Below, one piece after another: positions 18,019-29,044 of a stretch of 64,000 bases of DNA (the stretch's first letter is position 1; every line of letters begins with the position of its first letter). Source of the DNA: Acidobacteriota bacterium (lineage in GTDB: Bacteria > Acidobacteriota > UBA6911 > RPQK01 > JAJDTT01). The notes below the pieces were generated by a model. That model did no database searches and was not told where the DNA came from. It saw only the letters and a program-made list of their open reading frames with translations. The stretch covers positions 2,272,001-2,336,000 of the forward strand of contig CBDCJH010000002.1 of NCBI GenBank assembly GCA_965217775.1, written 5' to 3'. A program made the position numbers and the translations under genes.

Positions 18019-19479
18019 CTACCCCCACAGATCCGGCAAGGGGGTCCCCTTCACCAGCTCACGAGGCTGTCCCAGGTGGTTGAGAACCTCCATGTGCGGA
18101 TCGATGCCCAGGCTGAAGTAGACGGATGCCAGCAGATCGTTGGGATGCACCGGCTTCTCCCTGGGTGAGGATCCGGTCTCGTCCGACTCTCCGTAGAGCG
18201 CCCCGCGAGCGATGCCTGCGCCCGCCACCAGCGCCGTGTAGCAGTAGGGCCAGTGATCCCGGCCGTCGGGGGAGTTGGTGTTCCCCGAGGTGCTCACACC
18301 GAGCCGAGGCGACCGTCCGAACTCTCCCACCGTGACCACCAGGGTCTCCTCCAGCAGCCCCCGGTCGTCCATGTCCTCCAAAAGCGCCGAGAGCGCCTGA
18401 TCCAGGACCGGACAATGCAGATTCTTCAGGGGACCGAAGTTGGCGGCGTGGGTGTCCCAGGCCGTGGTCTCCGGGTTCCCGTTGGCCACGGACGGCCAGT
18501 TGAGCTGAACGAATCGGGTTCCGGCCTCCACCAAGCGGCGGGCCATCAGAGCCCCCTGGCCGAAGGTGGTGCGCCCGTAACGCTCGCGCACGGCGACCGG
18601 CTCCTGCTCCAGATCGAAGGCGGCCCGGGCCTTGCCCGAGAGGACCAGGTCGTAGGCCCGCTCGTAGTACTCGTCGAGTGCGTGCTGGCCCACGGCCTTC
18701 TCCAGGTCGGGCATGGACTTGTTGATCCCCTTCAACAGAGTGAAGCGATCCTTCAACCGCTGGGCCGGGACTTCCTGGCGCAGGGACAGGTCATCCAGGC
18801 GGATCGGCTTGTTGGGATCCTGGTAGAGCCGGTAGGGATCGTAAGCCTTGCCCAGGAACCCGGCGGCTCCTCCCTTCCCCACCACGTTGGATTCCTGCAG
18901 CGGACGCGGCATCTCCACGAAGGGCAGCACCGGTTCATCCAGGGGAAGCATCTTGGAGATGTGAGATCCCGCAGTGGGAAAATCGGCCGGCGACGGGGGT
19001 TCCAACTGTCCCGACGGCGAGACCCGATCGGGTGGATATCCGGTCAGCATCTGGTAGATGGCCGCCGTGTGGTTGAACAGCCCCTTGGGCGTGTAGCTCA
19101 TGGAGCGGATCAAGGTGCACTTGTCCACCTGCTGGGCCAGCATGGGCATGGTTTCGCTGAGCCAGATTCCGGGGACCTTGCTCTTGATGGGCTTGAATTC
19201 GCCCCGAATGTTGGCCGGGGCGTCCGGCTTGGGGTCCCAAATGTCGATGTGACTGGGTCCGCCTTGGAGAAAAAGGAGGATCACGCTCTTGGCGGAGCCG
19301 AAGCCTTTGCTGGCCACCAGGTCGCCGGCGACCGACGGCGTGGAGGCGGCTTGGGCGGCCTGCCAGGAGAAGAAATTGGGAAGGCCGAGACCGAAAAGGC
19401 CGATGGAACCGACCCGTAGGAATTCCCGGCGCGTCGGACCGTCACAGAGAAACGCGCGATGACCTGGTACGACTAGCAT
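18019..19479 (-). CDS. DUF1501 domain protein (Tat-exported)
   Basis: TRREFL Tat motif, [31 protein letters not shown] and GRDHW. Confidence 0.9.
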   Translation of the reverse strand: MLVVPGHRAFLCDGPTRREFLRVGSIGLFGLGLPNFFSWQAAQAASTPSVAGDLVASKGFGSAKSVILLFLQGGPSHIDIWDPKPDAPANIRGEFKPIKSKVPGIWLSETMPMLAQQVDKCTLIRSMSYTPKGLFNHTAAIYQMLTGYPPDRVSPSGQLEPPSPADFPTAGSHISKMLPLDEPVLPFVEMPRPLQESNVVGKGGAAGFLGKAYDPYRLYQDPNKPIRLDDLSLRQEVPAQRLKDRFTLLKGINKSMPDLEKAVGQHALDEYYERAYDLVLSGKARAAFDLEQEPVAVRERYGRTTFGQGALMARRLVEAGTRFVQLNWPSVANGNPETTAWDTHAANFGPLKNLHCPVLDQALSALLEDMDDRGLLEETLVVTVGEFGRSPRLGVSTSGNTNSPDGRDHWPYCYTALVAGAGIARGALYGESDETGSSPREKPVHPNDLLASVYFSLGIDPHMEVLNHLGQPRELVKGTPLPDLWG

Positions 19480-19587
19480 TGGATACCTCCGTGTTCAAAA
19501 GCTGGCCCACGACGGCAGGTAGAGAACCGGCCGTTGCGGTCCATTCTCTATTTTCGGTCCCCGTCTTGCAACCTCGTGCAACTCCAC

Positions 19588-22104
19588 TCACCGATTGAAA
19601 AGAAAGGCGTTGCTGTTCAGCAGTGCCCAGAGTAGATCCTGGGCCGTCCCGGCCCGGCTCTCCCGCTCTTGGAACAGAAGCGCAGCCGAGGCGTATTCGG
19701 GAGCCGTGGGCGGCCGACTCAGGGTGGACAGGTAGAGATCCTCGATCAGCTCGCGATCCGAGGCGCCTTCCAGAACCAGGGATGCGATCCGCCCCTCGGG
19801 GTCCGCCACGGCCCGGCCCACGGTGGGGCCGTTGACCAGATTCAGCGCCTGGGAAAGGCTCATGTCGCTCTTGCGCTCGCACTCGCAGGGCTGGTCCCGC
19901 TGAGGCCGCCCGAAGAGGTCCAGAAACTCGCCGTTCTCCACGTGGGGATCGGGCAACTGCGCCGCGCGCGAGTCGTCGGGAACGGTTTCGAACTCGACCC
20001 GCGAGCCGGTCGCCGCGGAGATGGCGTCGGCCAACTGTTCCGCGCTCAGGCGCCGGGGAATCCGGCGGGAGAAGTTGATGCCGTCGTTTTCATTCCAGGA
20101 GTTGGTCCGGATCGACGCCTGGTAGGTCCGGGACTCGACGATGGTCCGCATGAGATGCTGAAGATCGTAATCGTGGTCCTTGAGATCCTGCGCCAAGGCA
20201 TCCAACAGGGGAGCGTTGACGGCCGGATTGGAGGCCCGGATGTCGTCCACCGGTTCGATGATGCCCCGGCCGAAAAAATAGCTCCAGACGCGATTGGCCA
20301 CCGCCCGCGCGAAGAAGGGGTTCTCCTTGGAGGTCAACCACTCCACCAGGGCCGGACGCTGGTCGCCCTCACCCTTAACTGCGGGAGCTCCCTTGACCGG
20401 AACCAGATACTCAGGCTCCACGACCCGCCCATCCTTGGGATGTTTCAGCTCGGCGTCCCGGCGTTTCTCGTAGACGATCTCTTCTCCGCTCTTGAACCCG
20501 GGCCGGATTCCGATGGCGGAAAAGAAGGCCGCCATCTGAAAGTACTGGTCCTGGGTCCATCTCTCGAAGGGATGGTCGTGACACTGGGCGCAGACCATGC
20601 GGACTCCCAGGAACAACTGGGTGGTGGTCTCCATGGCGTCCTGGGGAGTCCTCGCCACGCGGAAGTAGTTGACGGCGGGGTTCTCTCCCGTGCTCCCCTT
20701 GGAGGCCAGCAGTTCCCGGACCAGCTCGTGATAGGGCTTGTTCTCGGCCACCGACTGCCGGATCCACTCCTGGAAGGACCAGATGCCCTTGTGGCCCAGG
20801 AACTTCCGGTTGTTGCGCAGGAGATCGCCCCACTTCAGGGTCCAATGATCGACATAGGCGTCACTGCCCATGAGCCGGTCGATGGCCTCCCGACGCTTCT
20901 CCTGCGGGTCGGCCGGATCCTCCAGAAAGGCCTGCACTTCCTCGGGCCGGGGGAGACGCCCCGTCAGGTCCAACGAGACACGGCGCAGGAATTCGCTGTC
21001 GGACGCCGGGGGCGAAGGCCGCACCCGGATCCGCTCCAGCTTCCCGTCCACCAGGCGGTCGATGTAGTTGTACTGGGGCAGCGGACGCCACTCGAAACCG
21101 GAACTGGGATTCAGAACCGTGACCGGGACCGTCACGAACTTTCCCTCGTAACGGACCAGCAGGGCCCCCTCTCCGACCCGCTCGCCCTCCACCACCGCTC
21201 CGTCCGTCACGGCGATGGCCTCGGTGTTGCTGCTGCCCAGATGGGCCTCCCGGGTGACGTCCCGGAGGCTGCCGTCCACATATTCCGCCAGAATCACGAC
21301 GCTCTGTTTCTGGCCGGGCGCAGTCAGGAAAACCTCCTCCGGCAGGACCTCCAGCCGCCGCACCCGATCCGTCGACTCTTCGCCGAAGGGCACTCCATCG
21401 GTGATCCACTGGAGGAGGGTGTCGTAGTAGGGGGAGTCCGGTGGCAGCCTCAGGCCGCCCCCATGGGCCACCTGCTGGGCGGGCTTGGCCAGCATCAGGC
21501 TGCGGGCCGGATCGGCGCGATTGAAGCGGCGGCCCGACATGTCGTAGAGGAGCGACTGGTAGTCGAAGCGGGGATCGTAGCCCCGCAGCGAGAGCTTGAA
21601 GCCGTTCTTCCCCTTCGCCGCCCCGTGACACATTCCATTCGTGCAACCCACCTTGTTGATGACCGGCAGGACGTCCTTCAGGAAGGTGGTCGGTTGTTCC
21701 CGGGCCGGCTCGATCCGAACCGGCAGATCCACACTGAGAGCTTCAGCCGTCACCTGAAGCGTCGTTTCTCCCGGCTCCCTCGGGTGGAGAAAGCCATTGC
21801 CCTGGACCTCCACCAGACCGGCCGGATCATCGTAGCGGGCCTCTGCCGTCAGGTCCCGTTTTTCGCCCGTTGTCATGATTCCGGTGACCAGAATCCGCCT
21901 GGCGGAACCCGGTCCGGAGAAGACCAGAGGAGAGGGCTCGACCCGAATCTCACGGAACACTTCGCCGGCTGCCACGAGAGGCCCGGCGGCGAGCACTGCC
22001 GCCATAGCTATGGCCCCGAACACGCCTGCCAACACCGTCCTGTTCGGGTTCAACTGCATCGATACGCGTTCCGTGAACATAGACGCCCCCGATCCATTCA
22101 TCAT
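19588..22104 (-). CDS. DUF1549/DUF1553 (PSCyt2/PSD1) protein with Ig-like domains
   Basis: GCTNGMCHG, GFKLSLRG, FLRRVSLDLTGRLP, CAQCHDHP, NRVW..FFGRG, PCECER and DLLWALLNS. Confidence 0.9.
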   Translation of the reverse strand: MMNGSGASMFTERVSMQLNPNRTVLAGVFGAIAMAAVLAAGPLVAAGEVFREIRVEPSPLVFSGPGSARRILVTGIMTTGEKRDLTAEARYDDPAGLVEVQGNGFLHPREPGETTLQVTAEALSVDLPVRIEPAREQPTTFLKDVLPVINKVGCTNGMCHGAAKGKNGFKLSLRGYDPRFDYQSLLYDMSGRRFNRADPARSLMLAKPAQQVAHGGGLRLPPDSPYYDTLLQWITDGVPFGEESTDRVRRLEVLPEEVFLTAPGQKQSVVILAEYVDGSLRDVTREAHLGSSNTEAIAVTDGAVVEGERVGEGALLVRYEGKFVTVPVTVLNPSSGFEWRPLPQYNYIDRLVDGKLERIRVRPSPPASDSEFLRRVSLDLTGRLPRPEEVQAFLEDPADPQEKRREAIDRLMGSDAYVDHWTLKWGDLLRNNRKFLGHKGIWSFQEWIRQSVAENKPYHELVRELLASKGSTGENPAVNYFRVARTPQDAMETTTQLFLGVRMVCAQCHDHPFERWTQDQYFQMAAFFSAIGIRPGFKSGEEIVYEKRRDAELKHPKDGRVVEPEYLVPVKGAPAVKGEGDQRPALVEWLTSKENPFFARAVANRVWSYFFGRGIIEPVDDIRASNPAVNAPLLDALAQDLKDHDYDLQHLMRTIVESRTYQASIRTNSWNENDGINFSRRIPRRLSAEQLADAISAATGSRVEFETVPDDSRAAQLPDPHVENGEFLDLFGRPQRDQPCECERKSDMSLSQALNLVNGPTVGRAVADPEGRIASLVLEGASDRELIEDLYLSTLSRPPTAPEYASAALLFQERESRAGTAQDLLWALLNSNAFLFNR

Positions 22105-24599
22105 TCCCCCGTCCGGAGAGAAGCCACGCCGGTATCGTCCTCCTGCGACTCCTTGCCGGCGACGATCAAACGGGTGGCCACCGACGGAATCCGATAGGGG
22201 ACCTGCGTTTCCGTCCGGGTCGCCAGAGTCGAGGACGAGGACAACTCCATGGCGTACTCACCCGGCTGTACCGATTGCCCGGCCCTGCAGGGGATCTGAA
22301 ACTCCTCCTGGTCCAGACCCACCTGAACCGGCTCGCACAGAACGCCGTTGGGGAAATTCTCGGGTTGAACGTTCACCGGCCGGTCGAAAAGCGGGTCGCG
22401 TTCGACCCGGCCCCGAAAATACCCGCTACCCCCCGGCTGGAGCGTCAGACCCGTTTCCTCTACCCGGATGTGGTAGCCCTGCACCACGTCGAAGGTCAGG
22501 GGACGGCTCCGGATCGTCTGCTTGCGTCCCCGGATCTCCACTTCCCCCTCCGCCAGGAAGTTGAACTTTCCATGGACCGTGCCCATGGTGGTGGCCACGA
22601 TAATGGCGCCGGTGCCCGGTTCATCCTGCCCGCTGCCTTTGACGGCCCGAATCCGCAGTTCGCGGGCTATCGCCCTGTTCGTCTCGAGCTTCCGGGGCAG
22701 GGTCACTGCGGGATCGGCGGCCACCATGCGCCAAGTCACACGCTGGTCCATGCCAGGCAGCAGGCGCTCCGAAGACACTCCCGCCAATTCCAGGCGAATG
22801 GGAACCTCAGGGCTCACGTTCACCGGCACTCCAAGACCCAGCCAGGGAGCCGTGAACGGTTCTTCACGCATCCGCATGGAGGGTTCCGGCAAACCCGTTC
22901 CGGGCTTCACCGCGGTGATGAGACCCGGCGCCCGGGCCCAACGTTCGATCCGGGTGCCGTCGGGCAACACGGCCGTTCCCCGGACCGAGACCCGGCGTAC
23001 TCCCTGGGAGGCTCCGCTCTTGGCCGTGACGGTCAGAATCCCGGGAGCGGAGCGGAAGGGACTCTCGGGGGCCACCAATTCGGGAGGCACGTCACCCCCC
23101 TCAACCAGCAGAGCGTCTCCCGCATCCGGGATCTCCAGCCGGACGGCACCGGCATACCCCCGTCGATCGATCCTGGCTTCGATCCATGCGGTTCCATTTC
23201 GCGGCACGTTCAGGTAGGGAGTCAACACGGAGACGGTGAAATCGGCGGCACCCTTCCAGGCCGAAAGCCGGTAGGCGTAATCCGGCCCGCCGCGCCCCAC
23301 CAGATCTTCCACGGTGACGGTCACCTCTCGCGCCCCATCGGGGGCCTTGAAATTCAGATGGGGATCGCGGCTGACGTTGCCGTGCACCCGGAACGAGTCG
23401 TTCCTCAAGGGCACCTGATCGCCTCCCGAGGCCAGGAGTTTTCCCTGGGAATCCAGGACCGAGACCCGGCCGAAGAGGCGCGTCGTGCCCAATCGAGACC
23501 CCGCCAGATGAACCGACCATTCCTCTCCCGGTGCAACATGAAGACGGTAGCGGTCGACTTCGCCGGGCGCCGAGATCCGCCCGTTGACCACCGTGGAGGG
23601 CTCCAGCACTCCCAAAGGCTGGTCTTCCGGCTCCAGCCGCTCGGGAAGGTCGCCCACCACGAAGGGCAGCGGAAGCGCGCCCGGGACTCCTGGAGCCTGA
23701 AGCATCACGAATTCCCCGTCCACTCCCGACAGGTCCAGAGGGACCTCCCGGGGACCGGCGGGGCTTCCACCGACCATTTGGACCTTGACTTCTTCGCCTC
23801 TTTGCCAACCCAGGGGGAAGACCCCCTCGGCGTAGTCGAAGGCGCCGATCTTCAGCCGATAGAAGTTCTGGTCCTGGCGGCTGAACCGGGCGTCGTGGAC
23901 CACCGCATAGTAGTCGCCGTCGGGCAGCGAAAGGTCGAGGCGCGAATCGACGCCGATTCCGGGGGCGTCATCGTTTCTGGCGACCTGTTTCCCCTGGGAA
24001 TCGAGGACCAGAAGCACGGGGTCCAGAGCCGAGGCGACTCGGCGGCCCTCCACCTCCAACACGAACCTCTCCCCTTCCCGGGCCCGGAAGCGATAGACGT
24101 CGCGGTCGGGTCCCTCCAAGGTCCCGTTCACCGTCACGGGAACGGAAACCATCTGACTTCCCGCGGGGGTGTCGTTGGATCCTTCCTTCTCTTCGTTGAC
24201 TTCGGGAAACTCACCCACGGAGAAGAGCAGGACGTTGGAGAGTCCCCGGTCGCTGTGGACGCGAATAGGGTAGAGGCTGGGGGCCGCGTCTTTTCGGACC
24301 TCCACCAGAAAGGCCGCCGATTCCACGTCCTGGGCCGGGGCGTCCGGGGCCTGCGCCGCCAGCGGGGTGAAGCTTGCCGGAAGCGAAGAGAGGACCTTCA
24401 GATTCCCGCCCAGGCTCTTACCCGATACGGTCAGGGTCACGGCCGACCCCTTTTGGGCGCCCGGGGGATGCATCTGTTCCAGCAACGGTGCCTCGGCCCC
24501 CAGCAAAGACCCACAGAGCAGGGCCAGCAACGCCGTCATACCCCGGAATCGTGTTCCTGCCGAGAAATGGAAGCGGGAGTCGTTCATGGTTGGATCCAT
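22101..24599 (-). CDS. Secreted protein with PPC (pre-peptidase C-terminal) repeats
   Basis: PPGAQKG, VNGT...DVYRF, LDPVL, DSRL, VNGRI...DRYR and GRGGPDYAYRL; 4-nt overlap with the next gene. Confidence 0.85.
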   Translation of the reverse strand: MDPTMNDSRFHFSAGTRFRGMTALLALLCGSLLGAEAPLLEQMHPPGAQKGSAVTLTVSGKSLGGNLKVLSSLPASFTPLAAQAPDAPAQDVESAAFLVEVRKDAAPSLYPIRVHSDRGLSNVLLFSVGEFPEVNEEKEGSNDTPAGSQMVSVPVTVNGTLEGPDRDVYRFRAREGERFVLEVEGRRVASALDPVLLVLDSQGKQVARNDDAPGIGVDSRLDLSLPDGDYYAVVHDARFSRQDQNFYRLKIGAFDYAEGVFPLGWQRGEEVKVQMVGGSPAGPREVPLDLSGVDGEFVMLQAPGVPGALPLPFVVGDLPERLEPEDQPLGVLEPSTVVNGRISAPGEVDRYRLHVAPGEEWSVHLAGSRLGTTRLFGRVSVLDSQGKLLASGGDQVPLRNDSFRVHGNVSRDPHLNFKAPDGAREVTVTVEDLVGRGGPDYAYRLSAWKGAADFTVSVLTPYLNVPRNGTAWIEARIDRRGYAGAVRLEIPDAGDALLVEGGDVPPELVAPESPFRSAPGILTVTAKSGASQGVRRVSVRGTAVLPDGTRIERWARAPGLITAVKPGTGLPEPSMRMREEPFTAPWLGLGVPVNVSPEVPIRLELAGVSSERLLPGMDQRVTWRMVAADPAVTLPRKLETNRAIARELRIRAVKGSGQDEPGTGAIIVATTMGTVHGKFNFLAEGEVEIRGRKQTIRSRPLTFDVVQGYHIRVEETGLTLQPGGSGYFRGRVERDPLFDRPVNVQPENFPNGVLCEPVQVGLDQEEFQIPCRAGQSVQPGEYAMELSSSSTLATRTETQVPYRIPSVATRLIVAGKESQEDDTGVASLRTGE

Positions 24600-24657
24600 G
24601 GACTTGGATTAAAGATGTAGTTCCCAGTCTACTACGGACGAGTGTCAGAATCCCGCG

Positions 24658-26037
24658 TTACCGGGACGAGACCAGCGTCTCCCGGATCGGCACCGGGATG
24701 AATTCGGAGACGGTCCGGCCCGAGTCCAACTCACAGATTCTCACGGTGCCGTCGAAGCCACCCATGGCCAGACGGGCGCCATCCGGATGAAAGGCCACGG
24801 CGTAGACTCCCTGGTGGCCGGCATCGCAGACTCCGGAGGCGGCTCCGCTCTCCACCTCGTACAGGGGGACGCGGCTCGAGGCGCCGGACACGGCCAGCGT
24901 CCTCCCGTCCGGACTGAAGGCCAGATCGAAGATCTCGCCGTCCTGCTTCTCCAACTCATGAAGCAGGTTCGTGTTGTCCGCGATCAACATCTTGGCGGCC
25001 TTGTCCACCCGGTAGAGAAGGGGCGTCCGGTCCTCGCCGCCGATGGCGACGGTCTCGCGGCTGGGATGCCGGGCGATGGCCGTCAACTCTCCCTTCAGCA
25101 GATTGACGTTCTCGATGAAGGCACCGCTGGTGGCATCCACCAACTTGGCCGCCCGGTCCCGGCCCACCGAAATGACACGCTTGCCGTCCACCCCGAAAAC
25201 GGTCCCCAGGACCCAGTTCTCGTGATGACGCATCTTCAGCAGCTCTTTGCCTGTGGCCACTTCCATGATCCGGACCGTGTGATCGGCGCAGCCGAAGGCC
25301 ACCCGGGTCCCGTCCGGAGACAGAGACGCCCCGAAGAGCGTGTCGTGACAGCTCCGCACGGCCCTTCGGAGTTGTCCGGACTCCACGTCCCAGAATTGGA
25401 CCTCCCCGAAGCTGGCCGGCCTGCCCCCTGCCACCATGAGGGTCTTGCCGTCGGCGGTGAAGCCCAGCGACTGGATCCGATCGGCGGTCCCCACCAACCG
25501 GGCATCGGGTTCCGAGTCCGAATCCCGGTGCAGCAGCACTTCCCGGTAGCCGGACACGGCCAGCGTGCCGCCATCGGGAGAGTAGGCCAGCGCGGTGATG
25601 ACGGGCGGCTGCCGGTACACGGGAGGCTTTCCGCCAGCCAGCCGGGTGGCCATCTCCGAAGAGTCGTCCCGGGCCCCCGACGCGATCCAAGCCCGAAACA
25701 GCTCGATATCGGAAGGGTCCAAGGGCGGCTGTCCCAGCGGCATCCGAGGCTCCCGGTCCCCGGTGAGGTGCGCCAGGAGAAGGCTCCTGTCCGGGACGCC
25801 CACAACGAAGGCTTCTCCATGTTGGCCCCCGGTTCGAAGACTCTCGATATTGGTGACGTCCAGTCCCCCTTGACGGCTGGAAGGCTGGTGACACCCCTGG
25901 CAACTGCGTTGGAGAAGGGGCTGGATGTCCTGAGAGAAGCTCACCCCCGCGATCGATTTGGACTCCGCCTCGCCGCTGCCGAAAAGGCCGGAAGCCAACA
26001 GGACCGAAGTGCTCAGAAAGGCAATCAAACGAATCAT
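24658..26037 (-). CDS. Planctomycete cytochrome c (PSCyt1) + WD40 repeat protein
   Basis: Signal peptide, CQGCH heme motif, MP...WI..GA and repeated LAFSPDG-type WD40 units. Confidence 0.9.
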   Translation of the reverse strand: MIRLIAFLSTSVLLASGLFGSGEAESKSIAGVSFSQDIQPLLQRSCQGCHQPSSRQGGLDVTNIESLRTGGQHGEAFVVGVPDRSLLLAHLTGDREPRMPLGQPPLDPSDIELFRAWIASGARDDSSEMATRLAGGKPPVYRQPPVITALAYSPDGGTLAVSGYREVLLHRDSDSEPDARLVGTADRIQSLGFTADGKTLMVAGGRPASFGEVQFWDVESGQLRRAVRSCHDTLFGASLSPDGTRVAFGCADHTVRIMEVATGKELLKMRHHENWVLGTVFGVDGKRVISVGRDRAAKLVDATSGAFIENVNLLKGELTAIARHPSRETVAIGGEDRTPLLYRVDKAAKMLIADNTNLLHELEKQDGEIFDLAFSPDGRTLAVSGASSRVPLYEVESGAASGVCDAGHQGVYAVAFHPDGARLAMGGFDGTVRICELDSGRTVSEFIPVPIRETLVSSR

Positions 26038-26094
26038 TTCGCGCGTTCCGCCATCATAGGATGCGGGCTATTCGGGGTCAAGAAAAGGGGCGCG

Positions 26095-26182
26095 GTGGGG
26101 TGCGGCTTTCCGGCCGCCGGACTCCCAAAGGAGCGTACGGCCAGTAGGGGCGACCCTCGTGGTCGCTCTCCCCCGTCCCTAC
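26095..26182. repeat. REP-like elements (GTAG type)
   Basis: GTAGGGGCGACCCTCGTGGTCGC at 26144 with inverted CCCTAC at 26177-26182; GCGGCTTTCCGGCCGC hairpin at about 26102-26117. Confidence 0.55.
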
Positions 26183-29019
26183 GGGGCCGGAGCGTTTTTC
26201 TCGGGGTTGAGGACACCCATAACGTAGCGCTCTGGATTCAGGTAATTCCGTAGCGTGTCCCGCATGCGGTCGGAGGTGACGCTCTCGACCAGGGGTTGGT
26301 AATCCAGGATGAGGCGGGGATCGGTGCCGTAGCGGTAGTGGCCGGCCAGCCGGTTCAACCAGAATCCGTTGCGTTTCAGCGACACTTCCCGGGATCGGAC
26401 CTGGCCTTCGCGGACCTTGACCAGGATCTCGTCGTCCACGCCGTGCTCGCGGATCTTCCCGAGCTCGTCGAGGGCGGCCTTCACCAGCTGATCCACGTTC
26501 TCGGGAGCGCAGCCGAAGGAGATGGTGAAGGTGTACGACTCGGTGGGCCGGCGGCGGAGTCGGCTCCTCACCCGGACGCCGTAGGTGCCTCCCATATCCT
26601 CTCGGAGCACCTCTCGCAGGCGGATGCTCAAGACCCGCGCCAGGGACGTCAGGTCGTGCTGGCTCTGGCGGCTCCAGCCGGCTTCGCCCAAATACTGGAT
26701 ATGAACCCGGCTCTTGGGCTCGAGCCCCTTCTTCACTTCGAAACGGACCACTTCCTGCGAGGATTGGACGCCCACGTCCCGCCATTCCTCCTCACGGCGA
26801 CTGGACGGCAGACCGCCTACGTAAGTGAGCAGAGGTCCCCGGAGAGCTTCCAGATCCAGGTTCCCCACCAGGACGAAGGTGAAATCGCTGGCGTCCTGAA
26901 ACCGCTCCCGATAGATCTCCAACGCCTTCTCCGGGTCCATCCGGCCCAGGCTCTCTTCGGTGGGGGGCCGGCGCCGGAGATGATTTTGGCTCAACACTTC
27001 CTGGAGCCGGTCGCCGAAAACGGCCTGGGGCATGACCAGGCGGTTGCGCACCGATTCCAGGGCGTTGGCCTTCCACGCGGCGATCGCATCCGGGTCCAGG
27101 CGGGGAGCGGTCAGGCGAAGATAGACCAGTTGGAGCATGGTCTCCAGGTCCTGGGGAGATGCCCGGCCACGCACCGTTTCCTCCAGCTCGAAGATGGAGG
27201 TGGAGACCCGGACCACCTTTCCGGCCAAGGCCTTTTCCAGCTCCACGGCGCTGAAGCCTCCCGCTCCGCCCGTCCCGACCACCGAGTCGGCATAAAGGGC
27301 CGACGGGTAGTCCTGATCGGAGGCCAGAGAGTGGCCTCCCGGGCTGAAGCCGGAGAGCAGGATCTCGTCGTTTTTGAAGTCGGTGGGCTTCAGGATCACC
27401 CGAACCCCGTTGGAGAGCTTCCAGACGGTGACCCCCAGCTCCGGGATCCCGGATTCCTCGGCGATACGGCCGGGCGGCGGCGGTTCGGGCACCAGAGGCC
27501 CGGCCTTGGCCCGGTCCTGATAGGCCTCGACCTTCCGGTCGCCGCGGTCCATCAGGGCCAGAAGCGCCTCCTGTTTGGGGACCTGCGTCCCCTCCAGGGC
27601 GGTGACGGTGACGACCCGGCTTCCCGGCCGGCCCCACTCACGAGCCACGGCATTCAGGTCATCGGCGTCGATGCCGGGAAGGAGCTCCTTCAGCAACTTC
27701 AGCTCAAAGTCGATCCCGGGCATTCCCTCGCCCACCAGGAAGTGGCGCAGGATCTCCGAGGTGTAGCGCCGCGACCGGACCTTGTCCTTCTCCCGGGCGC
27801 TGGTCTCGTAGCCGCGCAGCATCTCCTTCTTGACCCGATCCAGTTCCGAGGGCTGGAAACCATGGACGGTGGCCCGCTCCACCTCGGTCAGGAGGGTCTC
27901 CATGCTCTCGGCGATCTGGTCCTGCTTGGCCATGGCCGCCTGGACCAGGATGTCGGCGGACCGGACCATGGAACGAACGGTCTGAGACATGGAAAAGCGG
28001 AACGGGGCGGCGGCGGTGCGCCGTTTTTCCTCCAAGCGGGCATTGAGCATGGCGTGGAACAAGCGTTCGATCACCATCTGCCGGTAGGCGGCCCGGCTGT
28101 TCTGGGGCAGCGCGGGCAGCTTCTTGAGGAGAGAGACGGAGGTGCCGGGAACCTCGGGGTCGGTGACGATGGCGACCAGGGTCTCCTCATGGGGCGGAAC
28201 CGGATGCATGACCCGGGGACGCGGATTCTCCGGACCCTTGAGGTCGCTGAAACGCTCCCGAATCGCTTTTTCCACCCCTTGTCCGTCAAAGTCCCCCACC
28301 GCGATGACCGCCATCAGGTCGGGCCGGTACCAGTCTCGGTAGAAGCGCTTCAGGGCCTCGGGCTGGGCCGCCTTCAGGATCTCCTCGGTGCCGATGGGGA
28401 GCCGATTTGCATACCGGGACCCCTTGAAGATGACCGGAAACTGCTGGTCGCGGATCCGCGACTGGGCCCCCAGGCTGGCGCGCCTCTCCTCCAGGACCAC
28501 GCCCCGTTCCTTCTCCACCTCCTCCGGGTCCAGGACGATCCCCTGGGCCCATTCATGGAGAATCAGAAAGGCCTTCTCCATGTATTCGGGGTTGTCCGTG
28601 GGGACCTCCAGCATGTAGACCGTCTCGTCGAACGAGGTGTAGGCGTTGACGTCGGGGCCGAAACGCATCCCGATGGTCTCCAGGTAGTCGACGATCTCCT
28701 GCTTCTGGAACCGGCGCGTGCCGTTGAAGGCCATGTGCTCCAGGAAGTGGGCCAGACCCTGCTGATCGTCGTCTTCCTGCATGGAACCGGCGTTGACCCC
28801 CAGCCAGAGAGCCATCCGCTTCTCCGGTTGCCGGTGGACCCGGACGAAGTAGCTGAGACCGTTGTCCAGGCGCCCCTTGGTGACGGCCGGGTCCAGGGGC
28901 AGCGCATCGGAGGCCGGTGTTTGATGCGATTCCAGGGCCAGAACCGGTGCGGAGCCCAGGCCTCCCGCCAGCAGCCAGAACGCCAGGATCCAGACGATGC
29001 GCCGCGACCTGCAGATCAT
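26179..29019 (-). CDS. pqqL: M16 family zinc protease (PqqL-like)
   Basis: HFLEH (HxxEH), NAYTSFDETVY, FYRDWYRPD and LSNGVRV; signal peptide; RBS GAGGAGG before ATG 29019. Confidence 0.9.
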   Translation of the reverse strand: MICRSRRIVWILAFWLLAGGLGSAPVLALESHQTPASDALPLDPAVTKGRLDNGLSYFVRVHRQPEKRMALWLGVNAGSMQEDDDQQGLAHFLEHMAFNGTRRFQKQEIVDYLETIGMRFGPDVNAYTSFDETVYMLEVPTDNPEYMEKAFLILHEWAQGIVLDPEEVEKERGVVLEERRASLGAQSRIRDQQFPVIFKGSRYANRLPIGTEEILKAAQPEALKRFYRDWYRPDLMAVIAVGDFDGQGVEKAIRERFSDLKGPENPRPRVMHPVPPHEETLVAIVTDPEVPGTSVSLLKKLPALPQNSRAAYRQMVIERLFHAMLNARLEEKRRTAAAPFRFSMSQTVRSMVRSADILVQAAMAKQDQIAESMETLLTEVERATVHGFQPSELDRVKKEMLRGYETSAREKDKVRSRRYTSEILRHFLVGEGMPGIDFELKLLKELLPGIDADDLNAVAREWGRPGSRVVTVTALEGTQVPKQEALLALMDRGDRKVEAYQDRAKAGPLVPEPPPPGRIAEESGIPELGVTVWKLSNGVRVILKPTDFKNDEILLSGFSPGGHSLASDQDYPSALYADSVVGTGGAGGFSAVELEKALAGKVVRVSTSIFELEETVRGRASPQDLETMLQLVYLRLTAPRLDPDAIAAWKANALESVRNRLVMPQAVFGDRLQEVLSQNHLRRRPPTEESLGRMDPEKALEIYRERFQDASDFTFVLVGNLDLEALRGPLLTYVGGLPSSRREEEWRDVGVQSSQEVVRFEVKKGLEPKSRVHIQYLGEAGWSRQSQHDLTSLARVLSIRLREVLREDMGGTYGVRVRSRLRRRPTESYTFTISFGCAPENVDQLVKAALDELGKIREHGVDDEILVKVREGQVRSREVSLKRNGFWLNRLAGHYRYGTDPRLILDYQPLVESVTSDRMRDTLRNYLNPERYVMGVLNPEKNAPAP

Positions 29020-29044
29020 GGAAATACTCCTCCTCGGCAACCTT

